Source: Zygnema circumcarinatum SAG 698-1b
Taxonomy: Eukaryota; Plantae; Zygnematophyceae
DNA: 64,000 bases
Assembly: GCA_037447605.1 (NCBI GenBank)
Contig: CM074822.1
Coordinates: forward strand, 953,492-1,017,491
Direction of reading: 5' to 3'
Below, piece after piece: positions 16,215 to 29,281 of the stretch. The notes beneath the pieces are model-generated. The model saw nothing but the letters and a program-made list of their open reading frames with translations. It was not told where the DNA came from and ran no database searches. Every line of letters begins with the position of its first letter. The stretch's first letter is position 1. Both the position numbers and the translations under genes were made by a program.

Positions 16215-18437
16215 TCACCGTTGCTGCGCCGCCTGATGCAGCGTGCGTAGCTCATCCGGAATGGCACTGTGTGCCCGCTTCGCCCTTGCGGCCGCCGCCT
16301 CCTCCGGCGAAGTGACCCAGTCGAGGGGGACAAGGGCTCCGCGGGAGCGCTGCGCCGCGTGCCTCAGCGGAGCAGTGCGGAGGGCGGCGGCTAAAGAAGG
16401 GGCCCACCATCGCCCGGACCTCGCGCGGATGCCTTCAGCAGCGGCTTCTTCGTTCTCACGGACAGATGGGAAGCCCTGAGAGAGGGAGGGAGGGAGGGAG
16501 GGAGTAGGGGAGGGAGGGAGGAGGGAGGGAGGGAGGAGGGAGGGAGGGAGGAGGGAGGGAGGGAGGAGGAGGGAGGGAGGGAGGGAGGGAGGGAGGGAGG
16601 GAGGGAGGAGGAGGGAGGGAGGGAGGGAGGGAGGGAGGGAGGGAGGGAGGGAGGAGGAGGAGGGAGGAGGGAGGGAGGAGGAGGGAGGGAGGGAGGGAGG
16701 GAGGGAGGGAGGGAGGAGGGAGGAGGAGGGAGGGAGGGGGAGAGATAGAGACGAGGGAGACAGCGGAAGGGAGAGGGCGAAAGAGTGAGGGGGAAGGAGG
16801 GAGAGGACGAGAGAGAAAGGAGAGGGACAGAGACCGCACAAATCAGACATGGCTCTGTAAGGGGAGATGAAAGGAAATGGGTCCAGATGTGCTTGCTATT
16901 GGGCAATGAAGAACACGAAGTAACAAGCAAGTTGGGAAAATATAAGCTCAAGCAGTGAGCCTGGCTTCGTCGAGGCTATGACCTGTGTTATGTGGCTATG
17001 TCCTAGGACTAAATTTCGACCAATCGCATTCACAAATTCAGGCTCGATAAAGTCATCAAACTCCCCGAGGCAGATAAAGCAACGAAAGCAAACGAGCGAA
17101 AAATAACTTTGTGCTCCCTTTAACATAAACCTGGCTTCTACCAGTTTTTTAATGGATTGAAAAAAGAAACGCCCCGTATGACTGAACTTACAGATGAAAC
17201 TGGGTAAACAAACCCAACAACTGACGCAGAACTTAGTGAATGGAAGGTACCTGAGAGGCCTGCTTCTGAGCTTCTCTCTTTGCTCGTCGTCCCAAAAACC
17301 TGTCTGCCTCTACAAACACACTGCTTTGTCCCTGCTGATGCCCCGCATTGATCCTTGGCATCTGCGAAAGAACATATTCCAATGCAGGAAGCTTGGACCT
17401 TTCCACCCACCTGTGGCACAAAAAAAATCCCCCAATGGAGCAGAAATTTCACCACTAAGTCGCCATAGCGGATGGAACAGTTTCAATGAACTTTGCTCGG
17501 CAAGGTTATCAAAAAGGACGTTATTCTGCATGCAATGGTGCATGCCAGAATATCTTGGAAAATATCAAGCCGAAGATTTCAACATGCATCATCAGATGAG
17601 AGACGATACAAATCCGTAACACAGAACATGCTAAAAACCCATCAATCTCGAGTAAAACAGGGATTTTATTTCCCACGAGTTCTGCACTGTGAGTGTAAAA
17701 GTGCCTGCTCTCTACTCATAAGGAGGAAGTAGAGCTGATCTAGATGAGCTGCTGACAACAAAAAGTTATGGTCGGAAATGCATTCACCCTCGTAACAAAA
17801 TCTTCACTCTCCACAAAGATAAGCCTATGAGGCACACGACAAAGCCCACAAACTCAAAGAGATGAGCCCCAGAAACGTACAACGATGTGGAAAAAGGTAC
17901 TTCCTGACTTCCCCCTTTTTCAAGTCCCAGAAGAATCAAGCAACACAATCACAATCATTTAAGGAAGCATAACTTAAGTTACTGCAGCCCACCTAATGCA
18001 GTCAACAGGGCACGCATTGATGGCATCTTGCAAGGTGGCTTCATCGTCTGCCCACTGATGAATGGCCCGAGCCCTCCCATATCGATTCTCTATGAAGAAA
18101 GTGTTCTCTGCCAAAACGGCGCATTGGAGGCAGCCAATGCACTGCGACTCATCCACAAAAACGGCCTGTTCTTCTTCCGGATGGCCATGCCACGTGGACC
18201 ACAGAGGTTTGCCAGAGAATGCGTCGTCCTCCAGCCACGTCACCCTAAGCTGCATACCATAGAGAATTGAAGGAAGGGAAGAGAAGTTAAAAAACAAAAG
18301 AGTTGATCTTCCACGTGCAATTTAGGAATGGAATTATTTATCCAGCAAGTAGAGAAAGAGCTCAAGTGAGCGTAGATATTAGGACGAGACCGAGGACGCA
18401 AAAGCATATGTAGTTAAGTGTGGGAGAGAGAGGTGGA

Positions 18438-18523
<86 letters not shown>

Positions 18524-19029
18524 GAGGGAGGGGGGAAGAAGTAAAATAAAATATGCACCTGGTCATAAATGATTCGAGAATTCAAGTCGCTGAGAATGGA
18601 GTACGCTTCGTTGAGCAGCAGCGCCATGTCGTGGCCGGCCTCTCCCGCGATGTCGGGATGGCAGCGCTTCTGAAGCCATCGGTAGGCGTGCTTGATCTCG
18701 CGGGAGGAAACTCCCGCATCCACTCCCAGAAGGTCGTAGTAGTCGTAGCCATGGCTGGGCAGGCTCACCCTGCTTTGAGAAGATGCGCATACACATGCGC
18801 GCCGTTTCGTTGAGCGTGTGAGCGCAGATCGAAATGCACATCTGACATGTGAAGGAGCAAGCCTTCCTCGTGCAGGTGAAGATGGTCTGGACCGAGCAGA
18901 GGAGTAGGGCGGGACCAGCAGCAGGCTGTTGGAAGGAGGAGCCCTAATGGTGCTGTGAGATTGAATATGATGATGATGGCTGGGGGGCAGACATGCATGG
19001 GAGCATGGAAGGGACGCGAGGGAATCCAT
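16215..19029 (-). CDS. Chloroplast DnaJ-ferredoxin co-chaperone (CDJ3/4/5, DJC76/77/82 type); exons 18559-19029, 17993-18249, 17251-17410, 16215-16475
   Basis: Transit-like N-terminus; J-domain DYYDLLGV...KRCHPD...LLNEAYSILSD; ferredoxin motif VFVDESQCIGCLQC...NACPVDCIRWV; splice phases consistent. Confidence 0.93.
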
Positions 19030-19143
19030 GGAAGGTAGAGGATTGCAGCAAATGCAGGAGAGTCTGTTTGGAGTTTCAGATTCAGTTTTCAGTTATCGGA
19101 GTCTGAACAAGAGGGGATGAGGAATTCCTCCCCTGCTCTTTGC

Positions 19144-19175
<32 letters not shown>

Positions 19176-19558
19176 AAAGCGATCAATTATCGCAAATATT
19201 GACAGACGAGAGTATTTCTTTTTCTCAACAGATTCAACAATACTGTGTTTATATATACTCTTCAATCTGTTTCTGCCATGCAAATCTGCTTCCAATACTC
19301 CAAACTTGCATCCTACAAGAGCAAAAAAGCCTGCACTGGAGCAGCACTTTTTGGAGGGCAAAAAGGACAGATAGAAAGCAAAATATCAGCCACGCGGCAG
19401 CCCCTGATACGTCACGAGTCTTTAACACGGACGCGTTGCATGGGGCTGACACCTGACGTGGGAGTCGCTTTTGGTGCTTTGATCCACGTGGCGACAATCG
19501 ATTGGATGTAGTCCCTGAAGTTGCGGGCGCCTGCGGAAAAGTTGGTACCGGTCCGCTC

Positions 19559-19822
19559 ACACGAGAACGACGATTTTGCAAGCTGAACATGCGCCGTTCA
19601 CACGTGCTAGGCACGCGAGAACGACAACTTTGCAAGCCGAACATGTGCCGCTCACACGCGCCAGGCACGTGACAAGGACGATTTTGCAAGCCGACCATGC
19701 ACCGTTCACACGCGCTAGGCACACGAGAACGACGATTTTGCAAGCCAAACATGCGCCGCTCACACGCGCTAGGCACGTGAGAACGACGATTTTGCAAGCC
19801 AAACATGCGCCGTTCACACGTA
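19559..19822. repeat. 54-bp tandem minisatellite, ~5 copies
   Basis: Unit starts at 19563, 19617, 19671, 19725 and 19779; consensus GAGAACGACGATTTTGCAAGCCAAACATGCGCCGTTCACACGCGCTAGGCACGT. Confidence 0.95.
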
Positions 19823-21543
19823 AAAAATGCCGTTTGCCAGAACGTTTCTCAAAGCGGGGTCGTTTGGGCGCGGTCCAAAATGCATTTCTCAGCTTTTTAG
19901 CAGTTGGTTCCTCGTGGTTCCCATGTTGTTGTTGTTGTCCATGTACCTTTCATGGCATCATGAGACCAATGCCATCTATTCTTGTTTTACTTTTCACCCT
20001 GGTTCGGTGGGTGGCGAGGGGCTTTTCAAGACCATTTCTCCCCTTGTCAGTGACGTGTAGGGACCATGGGGGGTTGCAAGGTCGTAGGTCGTAGGTCATG
20101 GCATTCAAGTGCGTGTTCCACAACGGGGCGATCAGTAGTATGGTAGCACTAGAGTGTGTGGCAGCGGAAGTGTTCACATGGGATGGGCTGAACGAGGCTC
20201 TTCAGTTTTGTTATACTAGATCTAGTGACATTTAAACTTTATCAATGCCACACCATTCCATTTAAACTTGCTAGTTTCAGTTATGATGTAAGCATAAGGG
20301 TAGAAAGCTCCGCGTCAGGTTCCAACTAGTGGTTCAACGACTTGAAGAAAGCTGAACCATGAGAACGCACCCTTGCTTAACACGGAGATCAAGAGAGATG
20401 GAGAATGACGAAAGGAGGATCCACTCGGAAAGGTCACTTACAAACTCCGATACAAAGTTTAATAACCAACTTCAACTTCTTGTTGAACTTCAACCATCCG
20501 CAAGTGCGAGATTTAAATTAGTAGAGTTGGACCACCCCAGCAAAGTTGAAAGAAGTTGATGAAATACCAACCGTGAAAGCGTAAATCATCTCTGAACCCT
20601 AATTTTTGTTAGCGATATTAAAGGTTTTTGGGGGTTTAAGGGTTTATTTATTATTTTTTTCAGGGTTTCGGGTTTTTGGGTCGAGGGTTGGAGTTCTTGA
20701 GTTGAAGGTTTAGGCTTGAGAGTTGACGCTTTGCCGGTGCCGGCAAGTTGTGCCGCCGACAGCCAGCCTGCCGGCGATATGGAGATATAGCGATACGACG
20801 ACATGTCGATATGTCCACCACGCTTTCGTACAACGCGCCAGCAAACGGCAGTTACAGTAGTGCCACGTAGCTCCACAAAACGACAAGGCCATTCAAGTGC
20901 CGAGTCAGCCGACTGGGCCCGTGCAAAAAGCGACAAAAAACTATGAATGTCAGGCCGGTGGCCACGGGCTACAGTGTACGAATGCATCCGGCGGATCGAT
21001 ATGAACATGAGTAGTAATGGCTCCCGATTGGCAGGTTGCAGGAGCAGACCTGGCAAGACTTTAACGTTTTTGTCTTCTATCTACCTTTTCTGTCTCTTCC
21101 ACAAAACGGGCGTGCGCGGTGCCCCGTCAGCGGCCGTTGAGGCGGACCAGACTTGCAGATTGTTTCCTTCAGTAGTATAAAGTCTTTTTATAAAATAAGT
21201 ACTCTTTTGATGGGTAATCAACACATATTGAGTACTTGTTTTTCGTATGTGATTTACAAACAGAAAATTCTGAAGTTTTTTCTTCTAAGTTGGACATGTA
21301 CTTAAAATTTACTAAACTTTTCCTTTCAGAAAGAGAAAAGAATGGCGTACCGTAATGGCCGGTCAGTTTCGGAAAATAAAGTTCCGTCAGTACCGTACAT
21401 GTCATTTGGCATGCCATGCCGGCATACCAAACGAGCATGGCATGGGTCAACGAGGGCAAGCCATGCCATGCCATTCCATGCCATGGCATGGCATGGCATG
21501 GCCATCGCCCCGGGCCCTTTCTGCCAGCTTTCCCGAGGCCGCC

Positions 21544-24500
21544 ATGACGGCTTTCGCCCCTTCCGCTGCCTCATCTCCTCCGCCGTCTGCCACAGCCTCT
21601 GCTGCTACCGCCGCTGCGTTGGCTGCTGCTTCTGCTGCTGATGCCGCCATTGCTGGTGGTGGTGGTGGTGGAGGAGGAGGAGGAGGAGGAGGAGGAGGAG
21701 GGGGAGGAGGAGGAGGAGGAGGAGTAGAATCCAGCGCAGAAGCTAAGGATGGAGGAAGCACAGAAAGCAGGGAAGCGCGAGAAGTGTGGAGGTCGCAGAC
21801 AGTGGGAAAGTTAAGTTCCGTCCATTTCTTGGGAAGCAATGTGAACGACGGCCGTGCGGACTCGGGAGCTGCAGGGCAGCACGTGCGGGCCATGTCGCCG
21901 GCTTCTGCAAGCTCCGGGGAGGAGAGGGAGAGAGAGGCGCCTGCCTCTTCTAGGGGAGCTTCGCCGCAGAATGCCCCCACTCCCTGTGGAGGAGGAAGCG
22001 AAGAAAGGCGGAACCCTGCAGGAGCTCTCCGGCCTTCAGGAGGAGAAGGGAGCGACGGAGGAGGGCCTGGTAACGGTTTTGCAGCAAGAGAGAGCTCCGT
22101 TTTAGGGCGAAGCTCTCCTTCTGCATCTGCATTCAGTCAGCCATCCCTTCCTTTGGAGCTGCTCTTGCAGAGAGTGAGAGCTGCTCAGCAAAATATATAT
22201 TTTTTTGGGTCTGAAAACGCTCGTCTCGGAGGTACTGCAGGCAGCAGGGAGGAAGGTGAGAGAGATGCAAGGGGAGGAGCCGGAGGCGATGTTCAGGCCA
22301 TGGAAGCGACTGTTGATCGCCATATGGAGGGTTCAAATGTCAAATCCATGGAGGGTAGAAGTAAGATTAGGTCGACTATTGGGGGCTTGGAGCAACAGGT
22401 TCGAGGAAAAGAGTCCGACGACCATGAGCCGAATCCCAGCACCGTAAGCGCAGGTGGAGAGGATGCGGTATCGGAAAGTTGTAGTAGTCAGGGCATGCTG
22501 CTCCCTGATGGGACGTACGATTTCTTTGCAAAAAGCAGAAGTGTTTTTGAGCAGACCAGTCTTCAAAGCGGCATTTCCGGTCGAGGGAAATTGGAAGAAT
22601 TCAAGCAGGTAGAGAAGGCAGCAGCGCGTGGAATTGGAGCGGCATCGAATGGGAGAGGTTTGTCGCCTCCCAGGGCCTCCTCTGTGGAAAATGGGCCAAG
22701 GGGACATGTGAGAAGTAGGGAAGCTTCTCCTGCTAATCACGCTCTCTTGCTCCGATCAAGTTCTGGGCCAATTACGGAAGGAGGATTCAGGTCCTCTGAA
22801 AGAGGTCAGACACAGTCTTGTGAGGTTCAGACAGACCTCTCCTTCAGCCTTGAGCCTTCAAGGATGATGGGAAAGTCGATGACTGCAGGTATGGTGTCCA
22901 TCCTTGATAGAAACTAACACGTATTACAGCGCAAGATAAACTAGCTTCTTATCATCTATTGCCGATGTTACCCATGAGTTTTTTGATGGGTTGAACAGTC
23001 AGAAGAGGAGCTTGAACTCATGCAAGTTGTTATGGAATTCGCTTTCCAGGGCACGAGCTCTCACTTCAAGCACCCTCTGCCTCGGGGCTGAGACCGGAGT
23101 CAAGGGAGTCAACGCCCCCTATGCTCGGCTCTGCATTTGCAGTAGTGCCTCCCTCCCGGAGACGGCAGCGAAGTAGTTCCCCCTCAGCATCAGAACCGGA
23201 TTCACAGGTCATTCAAGAAAAGAAATCGCAGCTTGATAAGCGTTTGGAAGTGCATTCCGATGGTCTCTGGAAGCCATGGAGTAAACCTGCCTTGCCGCAG
23301 CCATCTATGGCGAATGGTCAAGCCCTAGAAAGGCTCCCTGTTGAGCAGCCATGGCAGCCGCTTTTGCAGCGACAACAACAGCTACCACATGGAGGGGAAG
23401 GGGAGCTGCAACCCTCCTTGCAGCACTCATCTGGGCTGCCTCCAACGGTAGGGCAAGGCAACCCAGGGCATTCTTCCCAGCATTCTCAGCAGCCATGGCA
23501 GCTCTCTCTTTCTCAGCAGGGATTTCTGAACTTTCAGGTGCAGTCCTCACCTACTTCTTCTTCACCTCAGCTCACCCTAGGCGGATTTTCTGCAGCATCT
23601 GCCGCGCGTTATAGGGAAGAAGAGCTGAAGGCTGCTTTTAGCATTCAGCAGGCAATGGAAGCGAAGGCAATAGAGCAGAGCAGGGAGGCAGCACGTAGAG
23701 AGAGAGAGCAGAAGGATGCTCGGCCTTTAGAAGGAAGCGTGCTTGGAGGCAGCAGTCCTTCTAGGCAAATGGGAAGCTATAAATCCAATCTTCAGCGAAC
23801 AGTAGAAGGGATGAAGGCTGCTTTGAGTGAAGCTAAGAAGGCAATGGAAGAGAGCAGGGACGCAGCACGTACAGAGAGAGAGCAGAAGGATGCTCGGCCT
23901 TTAGAAGGAAGCTTGCTTGGGGGCAGCAGTCCTTTTAGGCAAATGGGTAAATCCCAGCTTCAGGCGTTAGAAGACGAACCGACGGCTGCTTTTAGCATGC
24001 AGCAGGGAGCTGCAGCTAAGGCAAAAGAGGATGGGAGGCAGGAAGCACGCACAGAGAGAGAGCAGAAGGATGCCGGCCCTGTAGAAGGAAGCTTTCCTGG
24101 AGGCAACAGTACATTCAGGCAAATGGGAAGTTATGAATCCCAGCTTCAGGGGTTGTCAGGGCCTATAGCCGGAGATCGCTTTCATTCCGAGAATGTTTTG
24201 GGAAGGAGGAGTATGACCGAATCGGCAGTGAGCAGTCAGATGACCGTAGGCAAGGAAACTGCCGAGGAAATGCATTCAGGGAGGGCCTATGAGAGAATGC
24301 CAGGTGGCAATGCGGAGGCTCGGCCAATAAGCTGGCAGCCAATGGCAGAAACAGGGTTCAACTGGCTGCCAGGTGGCAATTATTCAGCCGCTGTTGGTGG
24401 GGCTCTGAACCCTTTGTCATTTGGCCGTTCTGGCAGCAACCCGGATGCTGCCATTGGGCAAGGGGGTGGAGAGGGTGTGCGTGCACATATGTTCCCGGAA

Positions 24501-27500
24501 AGCAATCTGCCACGTGGAGGAGAGGTTTTGGGGTTTTCTCCCTTCCTCCAGGGGGGGTTGAGGGTTCAGGGAGACACGGGGAGGGCTATGGGACTTAGTG
24601 CACGTGCCGAAGGGGGCGCGTTTGGGGGTGCAAATGCACCTTCTTCTGGAATGGGGTGGGCTGGAGGTTTGGCAGGAGTGGGAGGGCAAGGAGCGGGAGA
24701 AGGAGGGACAAATGAGACAGCCATGGCGGTAGGCTCGTCAGGGATGTTGATAGCCCCACAGCTCGGAGCTTATAGCCGAGCTCTTGCAGGAATTGGGTCG
24801 GAGCATGATTTTGCTTATCCAGATATTAGAGGTCCTTTAGGTGAAATTTTCGGTCCTCGTGTCTATACCCCAATTTCCAGGAGTACTTTGCTTGCGGTTT
24901 TGGCAGAGTGTTCGGCAAAAGAGAGTAGGGGAGGTGGAGAGCAGGCATTAGGGGGAGTGGGGTCTGGCAGAGCCCCTGCAGTTAGTACCACTCCCTCTCC
25001 AAGGTGGGCAGAAGCGGGAGGGAGTGGAGGGGAGGAGGGAGGTGGGAGGGAGGGACGGGCAGGGGGACGGTTTGGACTCGGCTCCCCATTTGGATTTTTT
25101 GGAGGGGGGGAGGCCTCAAGGATGCTGTCCACTATGAATGCAACGGGGTCGGATGCAAACCCTCAGTTTATGCAAGCTGGGAAACCAAATGGAAGGGGGG
25201 CAGGCTTGGAAATAGGACCACTTTCCTCATCGCAGAATGTCAGTGACAGAATGGGATCTGGTTTTCGGCTCTCGCCTAGTCCTATGGATGGTGGAGAAGG
25301 AGCTGTTTCTTTGGCTCAGGGAATGGAGCAAGGGGTGGGCCAAAATGGGGGAGTTGGTGGGAGTGGTGGAAGTGTATCTGAGAGAAGCAAAGGCCGGTCC
25401 TCTAGAAGAGCAGCCGGTGCAGGAGCAGGAAGACTCCCAAAGCCACCAAAACCGCCAAAGAATGGAGGAGGAGTTTCCAATCATAAGGGCACTGGAAAGG
25501 CGGGAAATGGGTCGTTATCTGCACCTGGCAATTGGGGAAACGGAGCAGGAGGGGCGGCCATGGGCACCACACAAGGAGGGCAGGACGAGCAGAATCCCAC
25601 CAGCGTCCAAGGGTCTGCTTTTGCGTCTAATGCCTCTGCGAAATCGGCCAATGAGGCGACGACCAGTGGCGTTGCAAACGTTGTCAGCAAGGCTGTGAAT
25701 TCCGCTGCTCTGCTCTTTTGCGAAGAGAGTTTAGATGGGGCTCACCCCTCCGGAATTCGGCAGGCCAAAGGTATGAGCGAAAAGGGGCCTCAAAAGGACC
25801 CCATTCACACCTCCCCAACATCCTCTATAGGCCCTCCCACTTCGACTGGAGGAGCTGATGCAGAAAAGCCTGCTTCTGCATCAGCTCCTCCTAGTGGTTT
25901 GCAGTCATCTGGAACTGATCTTTCATCATGGAACTTGAACGGATCTCCAGTTTCACATCCATACTCCCCTTACCAAGGAAACGGCACCCCCCTCCCTCTG
26001 AACAGCTTTCATCGTTCGTCCGCCTCTCCTGGCCCAAGTAGCGATTCACTGTCCTCTATTCCTTGGAACTCAAACCCAGGACATCCCAAACCTGCTCCTC
26101 CCTATCCAGCCTTAAACCCACCTGTTTCTTCTCCCACAATCACCTCCTATGCCGGTCTCCTTGTAGAAGATTCCGCCTCCCACCCCTTCTCCAGGAAGGC
26201 TCAAGGTGGGGCTGCTCCCAACTCCGTTGAAACATCGACCTTCCAGTCCCTTCAAACATTTGTTAGAAATAAGAACCTTTGGGGGGGAAACTCCTCTCCC
26301 TCCTCCTTAGAAATAGCTTTAGCCCAGGCGGTTGCGAAAGCAACTGCTTCGCCTCAGGGGGGAGCTCTTATTGGGGGAGGGAGGCCGCCCAGCTGGCCAG
26401 CAGAAGGGTGGGGGGTTTTGCAGGCGGGAGGTAGGCTGAGCAGTCAGCAGAAAGAGAATGCTCAGGGGCTGGTCCAAGGGGGTGAGAGAGAGCAGATATG
26501 GCTTGGGAGTGGGCAGGAGAAAGAGAGTGGGGGAGAAGCTAAGGAGCAAGGGAGGGAAGTAGCCAATCTTTCTGGTGAAGGTGTTGGGGAGGACTCATCT
26601 GGGGGAGATAGAGCTTTGAAAGGGGAGGGGGAGGCAGAAAGGTGCAGCGTTGAACTTGGGTCTTTGGGAGGAGAAGAAGAAGGACTTTCAGGAAGTGGCA
26701 AGAAGGGAGGGGTATTGGATGAAAGGAAAGCTGAGTCGAGGTCTGAAGAATCTTTAGAAGGAGGGGGCTCTGCAGGACGGATGGGTGAAGAAGGGGATGG
26801 AGGAGATGCACGTTTGGAGGAGGGAGGGAGGAGAGATTTGGAGGTAGATGGCGAAACAGACCCAGAATGCACTGGTGATATTATAGCCTCTACTCTCATG
26901 CAGTTAGGTAATGCTGCAGCTTATGTGTCTGCTGATGGGAATACACATAAACCAGATAATACAGATAATGATTTAAGGCCAATACCGGCTGAGGATATGA
27001 GTGTGGTAGTGGGTTGTGAAATCAACGGTGGAGATGCAGCCATTGCACCAGACTCTGAGTTGGGGTTCAATGGTAGTACTGCAATAAGCAGAGGAGAGAA
27101 ATTCGAGGCTGAACAGGAAGTCGCTGCCGCCACGTATCTAGAATTAGTGAATGAAATGAGCAGAAAGAGAAAACGGAACGGAAAGAATTTACCTTTCCCT
27201 GTGGAGGAAGGTCTGAGCAGGCAGGCAGATGGGGTTGCTATGGAAGAAAGCAAGGGGGGAGTGAAGGAAGAGGAGCAGACAACTAGTAGGAGAGGCTTAC
27301 CTGAAGCCCTGGGATTGTTGGAAGCAGCTGCTGCTACTGAAGGGGGGAAGTTGGCTTCTGTGGGAGAAGCAAGAAAGGGAGCTGAAGGTTCAGCTGCTTC
27401 TACAGAATTGGCGGCAGCAGCAGCAGCAGCAGCAGCAGGAGGAGGAGGAGGAGGAGGAGGAGGAGGAGGAGGAGGAGGAGGAGGAGGAGGAGGAGGAGGA

Positions 27501-29281
27501 GGAGGAGGAGGAGGAAGGGAAGGAGGTGGAGGAGGAGCTCAGAGAGGGGCAAGAGCAGGAAGGCGAAGGCTGAGAACAAGGCCGAGGGAGAAAATGCTCT
27601 CCTTCCACCAGCAAGGTTATATGGAGGGAGGAGGGAGCAGCAAGCAGGAGGTAGGAGGAGGGAGAGGGAAAGAAGGGACGGGAGGAATGGTGGCGGCTGC
27701 TGAAGCCGAGGTCAAAAGCATGGAGCAAAAGAAGAGTCCCAGAGGTTTGAAGAGGCCTGCAATAGTAGAGCAGGTAGGGGGGGAGGAGAGGGAGCAGGAG
27801 GAGAGGGAGGAGAGTGTGTGGGAGCGGGAAGGGAGAGATCAGCCGTGGTGGAGCGAATTGATGGTGAAGGGAGGGCTATTTGGGGCTTGCTATTTGCTTA
27901 GTGTAGTACAGAAGAGGGCTGCTCTAAAGCAATCTCTCCAGAATGTGCCCCTAACGGATGAGGAGGCCGAGAAGAGGAGACGGAATGGGGAGGTGAATGA
28001 AGAGCCCTCAGAGGAAGTTCTTCAACGGGCAGCAGAGCTGGGCAGGCAACGAAAAGAACTTCTTACCAGGTGTGATATGGTTTTAGTGTGGCTTAGTCAG
28101 AAAGTCGACAGCTACTGTACTGTTTTGTTCGAATTGAGAACATTTGCGGGTGCTCTCGTATACAGTCCTGAACACTAGAGTGTTTTATAGAGTTCTTTGA
28201 AGCGGACCACATAATATGATAATAGAGAGTGATCCCTGCGGTGATTTTTTGGGAGCACATTTTACCCAAGCTTGCTTGTACTATGGAACACGAACAACTC
28301 ATCACTTGTTGGAATTGACAGTCCTTTTTTAACATTTAACTATAACTCTTTTATACTATTTCTAATGCTGCTCCCTTGCAGAGTCTCAGCTGAAAGGGCC
28401 CATTTAGAGTATCAACTTTCGGAGCAGCTCGCTCAAGTCACAGAACGGGAATCTGCAGCAGCAGAACTCCTCTCCCCCAATCAGCAGTCAGCAAATGCAG
28501 CGAATGGCCTACCACCCTCCACTCAAAGTAAGTCCATTCGCGAGATTCCAAGTGAAGCTCAGCCTTCACTCCCTCAGGAAGAGGGAGGCTCTCCAGTGAG
28601 CAAGCAGCATTCTGGCAGAAGCAAGAGCGGTCTTGTGGGTAGCAAAGAGAAGGAGAGGGAGGGGTTAGAGACAGAGAAGGAGGAAGAGAAAGGCCATGGG
28701 GGGTTGAGAGAGGAGAGTAAAGCTTTCGTTGAAGCTCAGCGTCCAAGGCCCGGGAGGAAGAAGAAGGTGCGGAGGCCTCGGGTGATGTCAGCAGCTGCAG
28801 TGGAAACATTGGCAAAGAGAATGCGAGAGGAGATGATGTCAAGGCAGACAGGAGAGCTCCAATGTTTGGAGAAGCTCCATAGGTGCGCTCTCTCCCTCCC
28901 CCTCCCCCTTCACCCCTCCCCCTCTTCCCCATTAGCCCTACCTCTCCCTCCTTTCCTCCCTCCCTCCCTCCCTCCCTCTTTTCTCGTCCAGTTTGACTGT
29001 TGGGTTGAGCTAATCCTAGTCACTTATAATAAAATCAGATCAAATGTTAACAATTCAATTTGTGGGTTCCTTGTATGACCCTGAACCCCGAAGCTTCTAT
29101 GGATGAATTCTGAGGTCTTGATTGTTTCCTCAATTGCAGGTGGATGGCAGGGGGAGAGGGTCCCCATGCGCAGGCGGCGCAGTTGGCACTGACGGAGGTT
29201 CCGTTTGGAGAGGCGTTTTTTTCCGTTTGGCCACCGAAAGTGAGGGGCACATCATCAAAAGAAAAGGAAATGGGAGGATAA
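21544..29281 (+). CDS. Large (2289 aa) low-complexity, probably disordered protein of unknown function; exons 21544-22888, 23188-28069, 28382-28882, 29140-29281
   Basis: Long open frames (520 aa, 1685 aa, 268 aa). GT-AG junctions give phases 1, 2 and 2 and a total of 6870 nt. G/S/A/E-rich with poly-G and poly-A tracts, three internal ~58-60-aa repeats, and a coiled-coil-like, basic C-terminus. No domain recognised. Confidence 0.75.

Noticed and set aside
19559-19822. CRISPR-like array
   Set aside because: Units are contiguous 54-bp tandem copies with no unique spacers, no cas genes are nearby, and the context is eukaryotic.
21355-21543. N-terminal extension of the orphan protein from ATG 21355
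   Set aside because: It translates the GCCAT pentamer array; ATG 21544 (GCCATGA) is the more plausible start.
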